The notes under the pieces: model-generated
Database searches by the model: none
Told to the model about the DNA's origin: nothing
Seen by the model: the letters and a program-made list of their open reading frames with translations, nothing else
Position numbers and translations under genes: made by a program
In this document: positions 1-35,088 of the stretch, one piece after another
Layout: the number at the start of each line of letters is the position of its first letter
Numbering within the stretch: position 1 is the stretch's first letter
Source of the DNA: Chrysomallon squamiferum
Lineage: Eukaryota; Animalia; Mollusca
Assembly: GCA_012295275.1 (NCBI GenBank)
Contig: CM022678.1
Span: 2,170,001 to 2,234,000, forward strand
Reading direction: 5' to 3'
Length of the DNA: 64,000 bases

Positions 1-570
1 AATAAATGAATGAATGAAGAATAATAAATTAAAATAATAATAACAGTAATGATGACAATTATAATGACAATAATAATAATAACCATAATAATAATAATAA
101 TATAACAATAATAAAAATTTAAAATAATAATAGTAGTAATAAATTAAAATAATAATAATAATAATAATAATAATTATAACAAAATGAAAAAAAAAAAAAA
201 AAAATAACAGAATTATAATAATTATTTAAACTGAGGAAGAGTAATCAGTTTGTTTTTGTTTTGTTGTTTCCTCAGTAATTTTAAAAATTCAAAAACATTT
301 TATTATTAATTTGTCTTGTGAAAATGTATAAAAAATTTTTTAAACAAGTTCTTTTAATTTTCTTTGTCACCAATTTATCATTCTCTTATAACTGTTAATA
401 TTACTTTTCTTTCATTTTCAGTTAAATAAAATAAAATTTTACATTTTAACAAAAAACAGAAATTACTGAATTTAACATTACTGACTGCTGAATATTTTTG
501 TTTTTTTTAAATAAAATTTTGAAGGTCACTGGGAAGGGGGGGAATCTAAACATCGTGAAAGCATCCATAC

Positions 571-23836
<23,266 letters not shown>

Positions 23837-23859
23837 TGTATTCGATCCGATAGTTGAGT

Positions 23860-24200
23860 AAACCAGCCAGACGTTTCCTCGAAGAACGAGTTACCCTTAT
23901 CCGCAGGTATGACGGCGTGCTGGCCTGAAAGGCGCAGAGAATCGGGTACTCCTCATCATATTCACTGATTTTACCAGTCAAATGCAGACGGCCATTTTAT
24001 ACCGGGGATAAATCTAGTATCATAATATGCCAATCAATCGCTCAACGGAAACGAGGCCATTGGAACCAGACCGAGACTCTTGGAATTTTCCGCGAAGCAA
24101 ATTCTGCAAGCTCAACGCGGGAATTGTCATCGATCCATAGTTCCAGTTTGGATTTAAAAACAAGTAAAGCTGGGAATGGCGCTGTACAGTGAAAGGTGCA
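23860..24200 (-). promoter_or_regulatory. Probable DGK promoter / 5'UTR
   Basis: CpG-richer segment upstream of the ATG, with a YY1-like AAAATGGCCG (minus strand, 23989-23998) and CCAAT at 24030. Confidence 0.5.
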
Positions 24201-24334
24201 GAAAATTTGGTTGTTTTAAAGAAATATTTGGTGAAAAAATGAAGTGACAGATTGCACTCTCTCGAAAAAAAAAATGTTCATTGCAAAATCAATGATATTT
24301 CTGTATTAATCATCAAGTTATACAGAATCCATTT

Positions 24335-24415
<81 letters not shown>

Positions 24416-26894
24416 CCTACATAGTAAAACATTATTATTTTTCATGCAAACTTTTTACCACTTATTTCGGCGAATGTATAATAGACAAGAAAATACTTAT
24501 TCCAGTAATATAAATTATTTTGTTATTAAATAGCTAATAAATAATCAAAATAAAAAGTGAAAAGGAAAATATGTATGCATGTTATTACATAGAAAAACAA
24601 AATGTATAAAATGATACGTTTTCAAAATATGCATGTACACGCACACGCACGTACTCCTAAATTCTGACGTACACTGTTCGTTACAAATATTCTTTATGAT
24701 TGCATCTAGTCTCCTTAAGTGGTTCTTAAATTGTTATTATCGTTGTTGTTACAACAGCAACAACAACGACAACCACTGCTACTACTAGCAGCAATAGTAG
24801 TAGAGTAGTAATTTAAATCGTAATTCAGGTTCATTTGAGGTTGAAGGTGTGTTACCGACCCCTTTTGGTAACAATTTTATTTTTCATTTTATTTATTTAT
24901 TTATTATTAATAATTTTCCCACGTCGCTTTCTTCAGAAGTAAATTGACGCCATGTTACGCTCGGGGTAGGAGGGTATGGGGAACGATATTCTCTTTAGAT
25001 GGATAACGCAACGAAACAAAATCATTCGGAACCCATTTACATTCTTCGCAATTGTCGCGGCTGCATGTACAATTAAACAGCCACGGTAAGAAATTATCAG
25101 ATCACTGTTTTTTTTTTTTTTTTTTTTTTTAAATCCCAGTGAATGAGGTATTAAGCTCTGCCTTCCATTTGGGAGAGATAGGAAGATGATCGGATTACTT
25201 TTTATTCAGGAGATGCTATATTAGAGTAGAGAGAACCTCGTTTTTTTTTTTTTTTTTTATTAGATTTATTTATTATTATTAAAAAAAAAAATCACTATTG
25301 AGAAAAGCTTCATAACTGTCACAGTTATATTTAGAAAAAGCTTCAGTTTTCTGACCGTTTTATTTTTCTCTAATAGGTAGATACAAAAAACAGGTTTATG
25401 TTAAATATTATTACGTTAAGCTTTGGTAATTATGAAGTTTAGATCTAGCCATGCCATACTTTGTCGATACAAATTGTACTGTAAATTTTACTTTGATTGT
25501 TATTTTGCTGTAATGTATATATATATTATATAAAAAGAAAAAGGTCAACACATTGCCAACATTCACTTTCGCTTGTCAAATCAAACAGTTTTTCCTTTTC
25601 GTGGACATTTTTTCTCCAACGGTGTTGAGCTAATGAATGGTTTTGACTGAAGGCGGGGGGGGAAATCGAAATGCTTACTTTGAGTTAAAAACAAATCAGT
25701 GACCATGTAAGGAATATTTATATGCAGGGTATTTTTAAAATAAGATAACACACGTATATTTTACTCAAAGAATAATATCAATATGTGATGTTCTAGCATT
25801 TTGCAAACTTTCCATAAACCTATAAATAATTTTCAGGAGAAGGGAAGTAACATTTCTTTAACGTTACCGTATTTGATGTTTCATTACGAATTATTTCCCT
25901 TGCATACAGGTAGCGAATTTCAGTGGTTGTTTTGTTTTGCTTGATGCATTTGATTAAAAAAAAAAAAACAATAATAATAATAAAAAATAAAAAATAAAAA
26001 AATAAATAAATATATAAAATTAAAAAATTAAAAAATTATTAAGTGACCTGGGTTCCATAGTCATTTTGAGGTATTAAAAAATAAGCGCATGCGTAAGACA
26101 AAGATGTCTAACCTTCAACCGAGTCTTAATTAAATAATTAATTAATAACTATAAATTAAATTCTATTATTATTACTGTTGTTGTTGTTGTTGTTGTTGTT
26201 GGAATTTAAAATAATGAAAACTGATAGATAAAGGTCAGATTCACACACGCACACACTCACATAGACAGATACACAATTCTATTCGTGAAAGGTTTATTCG
26301 TTTCTGAATAATAACCTTCATTTTTAATCTACAGGTATTTTTAAAAGCTGTTTTCTGATGACATCAACAACACTAGAGTAAACAAACAGATATTCTGAAA
26401 AAAAAAGAAGAAGAAGAAAAAAAAAAAAGAAGTAAGAGAAGAAGAAAGAAAGAAAAAGCTTTCCGAAGACATAGATATGTAACTAACTCTATAAGGATGA
26501 AACTTTAGAACTTTTAATAAAATAACAATTCAGTTTTGCATACTGGAACATTTTTTTAAAAAATTTTTAATACAAAATGTCCTTTAAGAATTAATTTCAT
26601 ATATGGATATATTTATGATTTATTTATAATAAATTTTGCTATTTTTTATTTTAAATTTACAGAAATTTTATTTTGCTCGCCCATGATTTCTTGTTTAAGA
26701 ATCCCAGACGGATCGATAAAACACGGGGCTGATGACGACATTTTCATCCCGTGACGTCATGACTTTTAGAAAATTTGACTCGCAATACCGTTTTCTTTTT
26801 TTGTTTTCTATTGTATTTGTATTTTTGCAATGCTCTGTGTATATTGAAAACGTTCGTAGGTAAAATGTCAGTAATAATAATAATGGTGTTATTG

Positions 26895-26927
<33 letters not shown>

Positions 26928-27944
26928 GTAGTAGTAGTAGTAGTAGTAGTATTACTATTAGTATTTTTCTCAAAAAATTAAAACGAACTTTTACGTTATT
27001 AAATTCAGTTTTGTATTTTCAAAAGAGAAAATGTTTACAAATTTGTGTTAAACGAATCATATGCAAACAGTTAAATTAAAAGGCATCTGAACAGAAATAA
27101 GATTTATAATAGTTTATAATAACGTCTGTAATCTTTAAATATTTGAAAAATTATTTTCGTTTTGTATTAACTTATTAGAGTTATCGGCCCTATATTTATC
27201 AAGAGGGATTTTATTTAGCTGGGTGTAGCATTTTGTACAAACTTCAAAGGTTTGATTCTTTTTTTCATTTTGTAACTATCACGGTTACATTCTGCTTTAA
27301 CATAAACTAATATATAAAACGATATATTAAAATAAGGTTTAAGTGAACGTAAAAATGTACTTTTAATACGATCGTTAACGGGTTGCCTCCAAAAGATGTT
27401 GTTACAATGTCGATCAGTCACGTCTTAGCTGACAATTTGACAATGAATTCTTTTATTTTGTTTTATTTTGTTTTATTTTATTTTATTTATTCTTAACTTC
27501 AGTAAAAGCGAGCCAAATGTCTACTTATCATAGTGGTGCAAACATTTTATTTCTTTGATTCGAATTCGATCAGATTTATAAAGAGAAGTTAGAACAAATA
27601 GTTTCGTGTTTAGGCAGGTTAAAATGACTCAGTTACTAAGTTAGTCATCGGTCATTGACCTGGTTTCTTTATTTTTTTCTTTTTCTTTTTTTTTTTCTTT
27701 ATTAATTTCTTTTTCCCTCTCAACATGAATGAAAATAAGATAAAATAAAATAAAATAAAATAAAATAAAAATAAAAATAAAAGACAAAATGAGTTATTTT
27801 TATAATTATTTTTTTTATGGCATGTTGCCAACTATTTAACGCACTCAGTTAACCATTTTTAATTGTTATTTTAAATTACAGTAATGATGATTTGATTGAC
27901 TTTTTAAAAATACTAAATATATTTAATTCGAACAGACTTCCACA

Positions 27945-28148
27945 ATGTATCAAATGAGCAATGACCCAGAAGAACTGGTTGAGTGTCCATATGACAAGTC
28001 TCACATGATTCGAGCTAAACGAATGCCATATCACCTGATCAAATGTCGTCAGGTAAGACTATACGATACAACCTTGACAACTGACAAGCTTAATACCTGT
28101 AATGTCACTAAAACATGACAAAAACATTATATTTAATTATTATTATTA

Positions 28149-28186
<38 letters not shown>

Positions 28187-30087
28187 TTATTTTTTTTCAT
28201 TTATTTTTTTATAAGCTAAATATATGATCCTCAGTAACATAATACTGATGTATTTTTTTTATATATACTAGTTAAAGAAAGGCTATTGTAAATTTATAAA
28301 ATATAATTTATATTCATTGTTCACGTTTATCAGATCAGCTAAGAGCACAAAGATTGAGGAGATAACTGAATTGTACACACTAACTACCAACTTTGTACAG
28401 TTATATTATCTGTTGATATGTGTATCTGTGTCAAAGTCCATATAAATGAATAACTATGAGTCATGTTAGGCATATAATGTCATGAGGAAACGATCATTAA
28501 TTTAAACAAATAATTTTTAATTTATCTTTTAAATTATATTTTGGTGTGCCTTTTGTGATATTTGTGTTTGTCTTTGTGCTTAAATTTAGACTTGCAAACA
28601 TATATACCAATATATTTTAATAAAACCCCAAAATGTTATAATAAAAAAAAAAACAAAAAAACACCTAAGATTTTTACTTCAGAACAGGCAGAGCATGTTC
28701 ATATTCTGATCTCAGTAAAAACCACTTAAGCAAAAATGCTGTATTTTGGTGATTCCTAAAAAAAAGAAAAAAGAAAATAACGACAACAACAACAATATTT
28801 ATAATAATTTGATGTTAGTGTTGAAGCTTCCTGCTTAACTTGTGCTTTTATTTCTGGGTTTGAAATTACTTTCCTTGAAATGGTATTCTCGTCTGTGTAA
28901 CATTTTACAATCAGTTGCTAAGGGATCAGTTTATGAAAATTTGTTGTGTTGTGTCGGTGTGAATATGTGTAACTGTGGTTGTGTGTAAGTGTGTGTGTGT
29001 GTGTATATGCGCACACACACACACACACACACAGAGAGATTATTTATTTATTTTCAGAACTCTGTGAAAGAGCTAGCTGTGTGTCCATTCAATGCCAGAC
29101 ACGAGGTGCCGAAAGCAGAGCTGAGACATCACATGGCAACCTGTCCAGACAGAGCTCGGCTGGAAAATGACCTGGCTTATGGTGAGATTTGAACCTGCTG
29201 TCCACTGCTTCCTGCTCCGTTCACCTGATTCTTTGAATCAGCATTAATTTGATATGTTAATTAACAATTAATTTGTAAATATTTGAGGTTTCAGAGAATT
29301 TACAGTTAATAAAAAAATTACCAAATTTATAAACAATTAATGTTATTGAACATTATGATTATTAATTGACTAATTAATAATTAATTTGTAAATATTTGAG
29401 GTTTCAGAGAAATGACAGTTATTAAATAATTTACTGAATTTATAAACAATTAATGTTATTGGACGTTATGATTATTAATTGACTAAACATTTGAGTGTTT
29501 AAGTTTAATGAATTTTAGTTTTGCTGAGTGTACAAATGTTTAATTTTAATGAATTTTAGTTTTGCCGAGTGTACAAATGTTTAATTTTGTTTCAGCGGGG
29601 GCCATGGAGGATGGTACATTTTTCAAAGGCTGCACAGACGTTCCTTGTTACAATGCCTATGAGGTGAAGATTAGTGAAAACTGGGAAGATGGTATGTCTG
29701 TCTGCCTGTCTGTGTGTCTGTGTATCTGTCTGTGTTTTTTCTGATCTTATCAAAGTGTGGGATTTGTTAAATTTCTTTCAGTATATCAATTTAGTCATGA
29801 CCTTTGAAGCGTGCATTTAAATGGTGTACATAGAACTTTGTCTGTGTCTGTGATGTCACAAGTGTGTCCTGTGGTTTTTGTGTTTAGATAGAACTACTTG
29901 TTTTCACTTCTGAAAGTCAGTTAACACTTACTGTACTTATAAATGTTTTTTTTTAATTTAAAGAAGTTTGTATATATTTGATATTATTTTAATGGAAAAG
30001 TTATCGGTATTGTTTCATTTAAGAAAATTGGTAACCATTTAATATTATTAAAATCATCTTTTTTAGTGATTAACTGAATCAGGATAG

Positions 30088-30176
<89 letters not shown>

Positions 30177-30207
30177 TACTACTACTATTATTATTACTAT
30201 TACTATT

Positions 30208-30238
<31 letters not shown>

Positions 30239-32700
30239 TTTGACTTTAGAAATTAATCCACGACCAAGAATTGGGGTCCATCCAAGTTTCCGCGACCAGG
30301 TTAAATTTCGAGATGTGACAGGGTAAGCCAGGTGTTTTGTGAAAAAACACAAACACACCTGAAACAAAATGATGGGTTTAGATAATCTGATATCTTATTT
30401 TATCACTGCAGAACAAAAACTGCACTGATTTCAGGTGTGGTAACTGTACGATTTAAAATGTTTGTAACAGGAAAGATAAGTCTGTTAAAATATTCACACA
30501 TTTGTTAAATGTTATATTTTTTTATAGTTAATATAAAATAATATCTGTGAGAGTGTGCTTGGACACAAGTGTGTGTGTGTGTGTGTTCGGTTTTTCTTTC
30601 AGAAATGTGTTGTTTTTTTGATAATTGAGTTGCTGATAAACAAAAATTAATGAGTGATGAAGATAACAGCTAAAGTACACACACTGATTTTTAATGTTTT
30701 GTAAATTTCTGATACATTTTGGTCATTATTCTCTATGTTTATTATTATTTATTGCAATTATTATTATTATTCTTTTGGTTAAAATACTTAGTGGTTTCAT
30801 TGACTTGTCAGTTTCTGCATGAGTCTGAGAGAGATAGAAAGAGAGAGAGAAAAAAGAGAGGGAGAGAGAAAGAAAATTACTGTATATTATTTATCTCATT
30901 CAGTTACACAACATCACAGAAAAAAGCTTTGTTGAAAGGCCTCGATCCACAGGAAGAAAGGTGAGATAACTCTATTCTACATATTCATCTTGTCTCACAT
31001 TTTGTTTTTTCTCTCAGTCTTTGTTTTACTCTATTAGCTGATGGTTGATTAGATTCCAAAAAACCTGCTTAAAAATAATCATTTTCAAATAGAACAGAGC
31101 TTTTCAATACTGGCTGTGCAAATATATTTGTTATTGTTGTCACATTATATAGCTTGAATATTTATTTATTAAAATTATGTAAATATGTTTGAGGTTGTAT
31201 TTTTTTTTTTATTACATTTATGTTTATTTATTTTGTATTATTATTTTTATTTTGTTTGTTTTTTTAATTTTTTTATTACATTTGTTTATTTATTTGTTTT
31301 GTATTATTATTTTTATTTTGTTTGTTTCTTCATTTTATTATTATTATTATTTTTTTTTTATTTTTTTTTTACTTTTTTAACTTTATTTATTATTATTATT
31401 TTTTTTTTACTTTATTTATTATTATTATTTTTTTAACTTTATTTTTTTTTATTTTTTTTACTTTATTTATTTATTTTTTATTTTTTCAGCCTTGCGCAAG
31501 AACGGACTGCTGATGACATCAACAACGTTTCAGACAAACTCAGACTCCCGAAGCAGACGTCGCAGGCATACAGGCTGACCCAGGGGCAGACAGAGGAGAG
31601 CACGACCCCACCCGAACCTAACGTCTTCAAGTTCTCCCTCGTCAACTCCGGCATTGGGCGAGGAAGAGGCGGTTAGCCAACATTTTTCTTTTCCTCAGAT
31701 TATTATAACATCATTTCTATTGTTATTGTTACTACTAGTGTCCTATTTTTTTTTCTTTATTTTTTTTTCTTGCTGTTTTATCCTTCTTGTTTTATTATTA
31801 TTGTTGTTGTTGTTGTTGTTGTTGTTGTTATTGTTGTTATTTTTGTTATTATTATTATTTTTATTATTATTATTATTGTTATTATTTTAACATTGAGATA
31901 GATTATTATGTCTTTTTCTCTGTTTGGCTCTGGTTGCAAGTTCAGTCCTCCATAACAGGTTATTTCCCAATCTAACAAGAAGTCAGTGTGCTCAGTGGAC
32001 AGCTGTTAATTAATTAATTAATTGATTGATTACTTTCTCTCAGTGACTGGTCAGAAGGTTGGTGGTTCTCAGACAGCTGTCATTGGTCTTGGTCGTGGCC
32101 GCAGTCAAACGTACACGTCGCCGTTTGCCATGATGGCGCAGATGACCCACGATGAGCAGGTGGCGGCTGCTGTCGCCCCCCAGGCTCACGTGAACAGCAG
32201 GACGCACACGTCGTTTGGCGATGAACTCGACAAAGTTCTCGATCAGGAACTGGCCTTAGAGTCGCAGACAGACGACTCACGAGTTAATGGGCAGTCGATG
32301 ATGTGGACAGAAGCACCTACAACTACTACAACAACAACAACACCACCTACGACAAGAACAACAGCAGCGGGTAGCTGGGGAGAGCAGAGGAACATGGAAC
32401 GAGGTAAAGAGCAGCAGACAAAGAGAACTGTGCAAGCAGAAGAGAAGAAACTGACACACCCACCTCGATCTGTGGGCAGGGGATATGCAGGAGTCTCACA
32501 TTTGGAGTGGGCAGCAGCAGGAGGACTGCAGAATGGACACGTAACCAATGGAGACGAAGGCGGGGGCATATTACCTCCCCCAGGCTTCTTTACTGCAAAA
32601 AAAGGTCGTGGAGTTTTGAAAGGTAAATTTTATCTTGTTGTGTAAATATTGTAAATAAGATGTACAAAAATGTTGTGTTTGTTTTGTTTTGTCCATCTAA

Positions 32701-32742
<42 letters not shown>

Positions 32743-34949
32743 TGATGTATTAGTAGTGAGGAAAGAAGTGAAAGTTTTAATTTCATGCTTGTATTTCCCA
32801 GACACATGTAGTTTGAGAGAACACAAGTTGTGAAAAAGTCTGACGTGTTGCATGACAGGCTCGTCAGACCAGTGTGATGTCTGGCTGTTGTACTTGAGAA
32901 AAAATGGATCAACCCTCCTTGTAGTATAGGAATAAAAAAATGAAACTCTCTAAGTTTGGTTTTGTGTTGTTGTTATTCATTGTAAAGAAACACAATGAAT
33001 TAATTATGTTAATGTAAATTATCAGAGTGTTTAAAACACACACACACACACACTAAGCTGGTCTGAACTTAAAAAATGTAATTGATCATTTGACAGAGGC
33101 AAAATCATAACACAGTTTCTTACAAGTCATCTGAAACTAACTGGTAGAAATGGAATTATGTGTGTTCATTACTTGGAACAGCATCAGATGCTAATGTCTT
33201 TTGAGTTACCAGTGTTTGCACCAGTGTTTTGCTTTGTCAGTAGAAAAACAACAACTACATTATGTACTTCGTTTAACTCTGCAAAGACTTGGTTTTGCAC
33301 TTGTTTTTCTAAATAATTTGTGATATTTTATTGTCTGAGTGTGGAAATGTTTGTTAGGATTTGTCTGTGTATACATGCATAAATATTTCTGTGTAATTTT
33401 TTGGATTTTTTTTTTTTTAATTCATCTTTTTTTGAAATTGTAGATTCCACCGAGCCAGATGTTTTCAAGCCTGGTGCCAACGACATCAACAACATCAACA
33501 ACACCAATAACACCAACAACACCAACAACACCAACAACACCAACAACATCAACAACATCAACAACACTGACAGCTGCTCAGAGATCAGAGGTGAACTGAC
33601 GATTTGTTTTTTAAATTAATAAATAATACAGTGCACAAATCTTGTTTGTACACAGTGTAATAAAGAGGTTGGAGTAAATGATGTTTATGCAAAGATTGAT
33701 GAAGTAAATATTAGAAATGTTAGTTACAGGACATTTAGCTTACAAGTAATGAAGTTGGGTTGTGCACATGCTTCTATAAAGATTAATGAAAGAAATATTT
33801 AAAATAAGAGAAAGCAGTAATAATAATATTTATTTATTTTATATATTTTTTTTTTCGATGTTTCAGAATTGGGTTCAGGTGATGCAAGCAGTGCAGTAAG
33901 TTGATTTCAAGTGTGTCATGCCTCAGAATATGTTTAAGTGTTTATTTATGCTGTCTACATTCTTATAAAACTGCACACATATACATGTGTGTGTGTAAAG
34001 CAGAATAATGGAAATGTCAGGATGTTATTTTATCTTCTTTTTTTTTTTTTTTTTTGTACCATTTGGTTTTTTTTAGTTCAGTTTTATTTTTATTTATTTA
34101 TTTATTTACTTATTCATCAGTTGAATATTAACAAACAGTTAAAGAAACTTCAAAAGAAGATGAGGCAGATTCAAAAGCTGGAGGCAATGAAAAAAGAAGG
34201 ACAACAATTAACGACAGAAGAGGTACATATTATTCATACATTTATTCCTTCCTTCGTTCCTTTCTGGATTACTTTATTTATTCTGTCCCATCTTCATTCA
34301 TTCCATCATTTAATTGTTTGGATTTTTTTTAACCATTCATCTGACTTGGGTTTTCAATGTAATCATTAATAAATATGTTTTTGTTTGGAAATAATTTGTG
34401 TGTTTGGATAGTTATTTCAATTAGTCCAGATTTGTTTTCGTATTATCATTGGTATAATTTAATTTAAAAAAGTAAAAAGTAAAAATGTAATAATAAAATA
34501 AATTTAAAAAAACTTATAAGAATGTAAAACATATTTGGATTTTTTCTTTTTCTACAATCATAGACTTCAAATAACTGAGTCTTTTGTGCAAGGTCAGAAT
34601 TCTGGATCGTTCAGTCTTCTGAACCATGGCTTAAGTTAATACTTAAAATTTAAAATAAACAAAGGAAAGAAGAGAATGAAACTCTACACAAATTAATATA
34701 TTTTTAAAGCTCATTTTTCTGGTACCAGAAGAATTAGCAGGGGTAAAAAAATAAATTCAAAATTCAAAATATATATAGTTTGTACCAATAAGTACAGTTG
34801 CAGTCTAACTAAACATTTGTCTTACTACAAGCATGTGTCTAGAGGAAAACTGCTGTTTAAAGTCAGTCCTGGTTTACTCTTTGCAGATAGAAAAGATTTC
34901 CAAGAAAGATGAATTACTTCACGAAATGGACTCACTCAAACTGAACTGA
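27945..34949 (+). CDS. GTSF1: GTSF1/Asterix-family protein, long form (~519 aa): 2x CHHC zinc fingers, Trp motif, GRG-containing disordered region, C-terminal coiled coil
   Basis: join(27945-28052,29058-29181,29596-29691,30250-30322,30904-30960,31490-31671,32044-32622,33444-33590,33867-33895,34121-34222,34887-34949). All junctions are GT-AG with consistent phases; total 1560 nt. ZnF1 is [21 protein letters not shown] and ZnF2 is [21 protein letters not shown] (C-x5-H-x9-H-x3-C, zf-U11-48K type). An acidic Trp motif SENWEDE follows. Exons 1-4 are secure; the later exon chain is inferred from phase. Confidence 0.88.
33481..33570 (+). repeat. Coding 9-bp repeat (NNI/NNT)n inside exon 8 of the long GTSF1
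   Basis: aacaacatc/aacaacacc units read in frame as [29 protein letters not shown]. Confidence 0.75.
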
Positions 34950-35030
34950 CTTGGGTAAGATTAACATGTCTCTGTTTTTCAATTTTTATTGACAGTCAAT
35001 TTAGATATTTAAGTACTGAATGAATAAACT

Positions 35031-35088
<58 letters not shown>

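Noticed and set aside
34121-34949. Separate PYM1 or eIF2A gene
   Set aside because: No Mago-binding N-terminus, WD40 exons, own start or promoter was seen, and the exons join the GTSF1 chain in phase.
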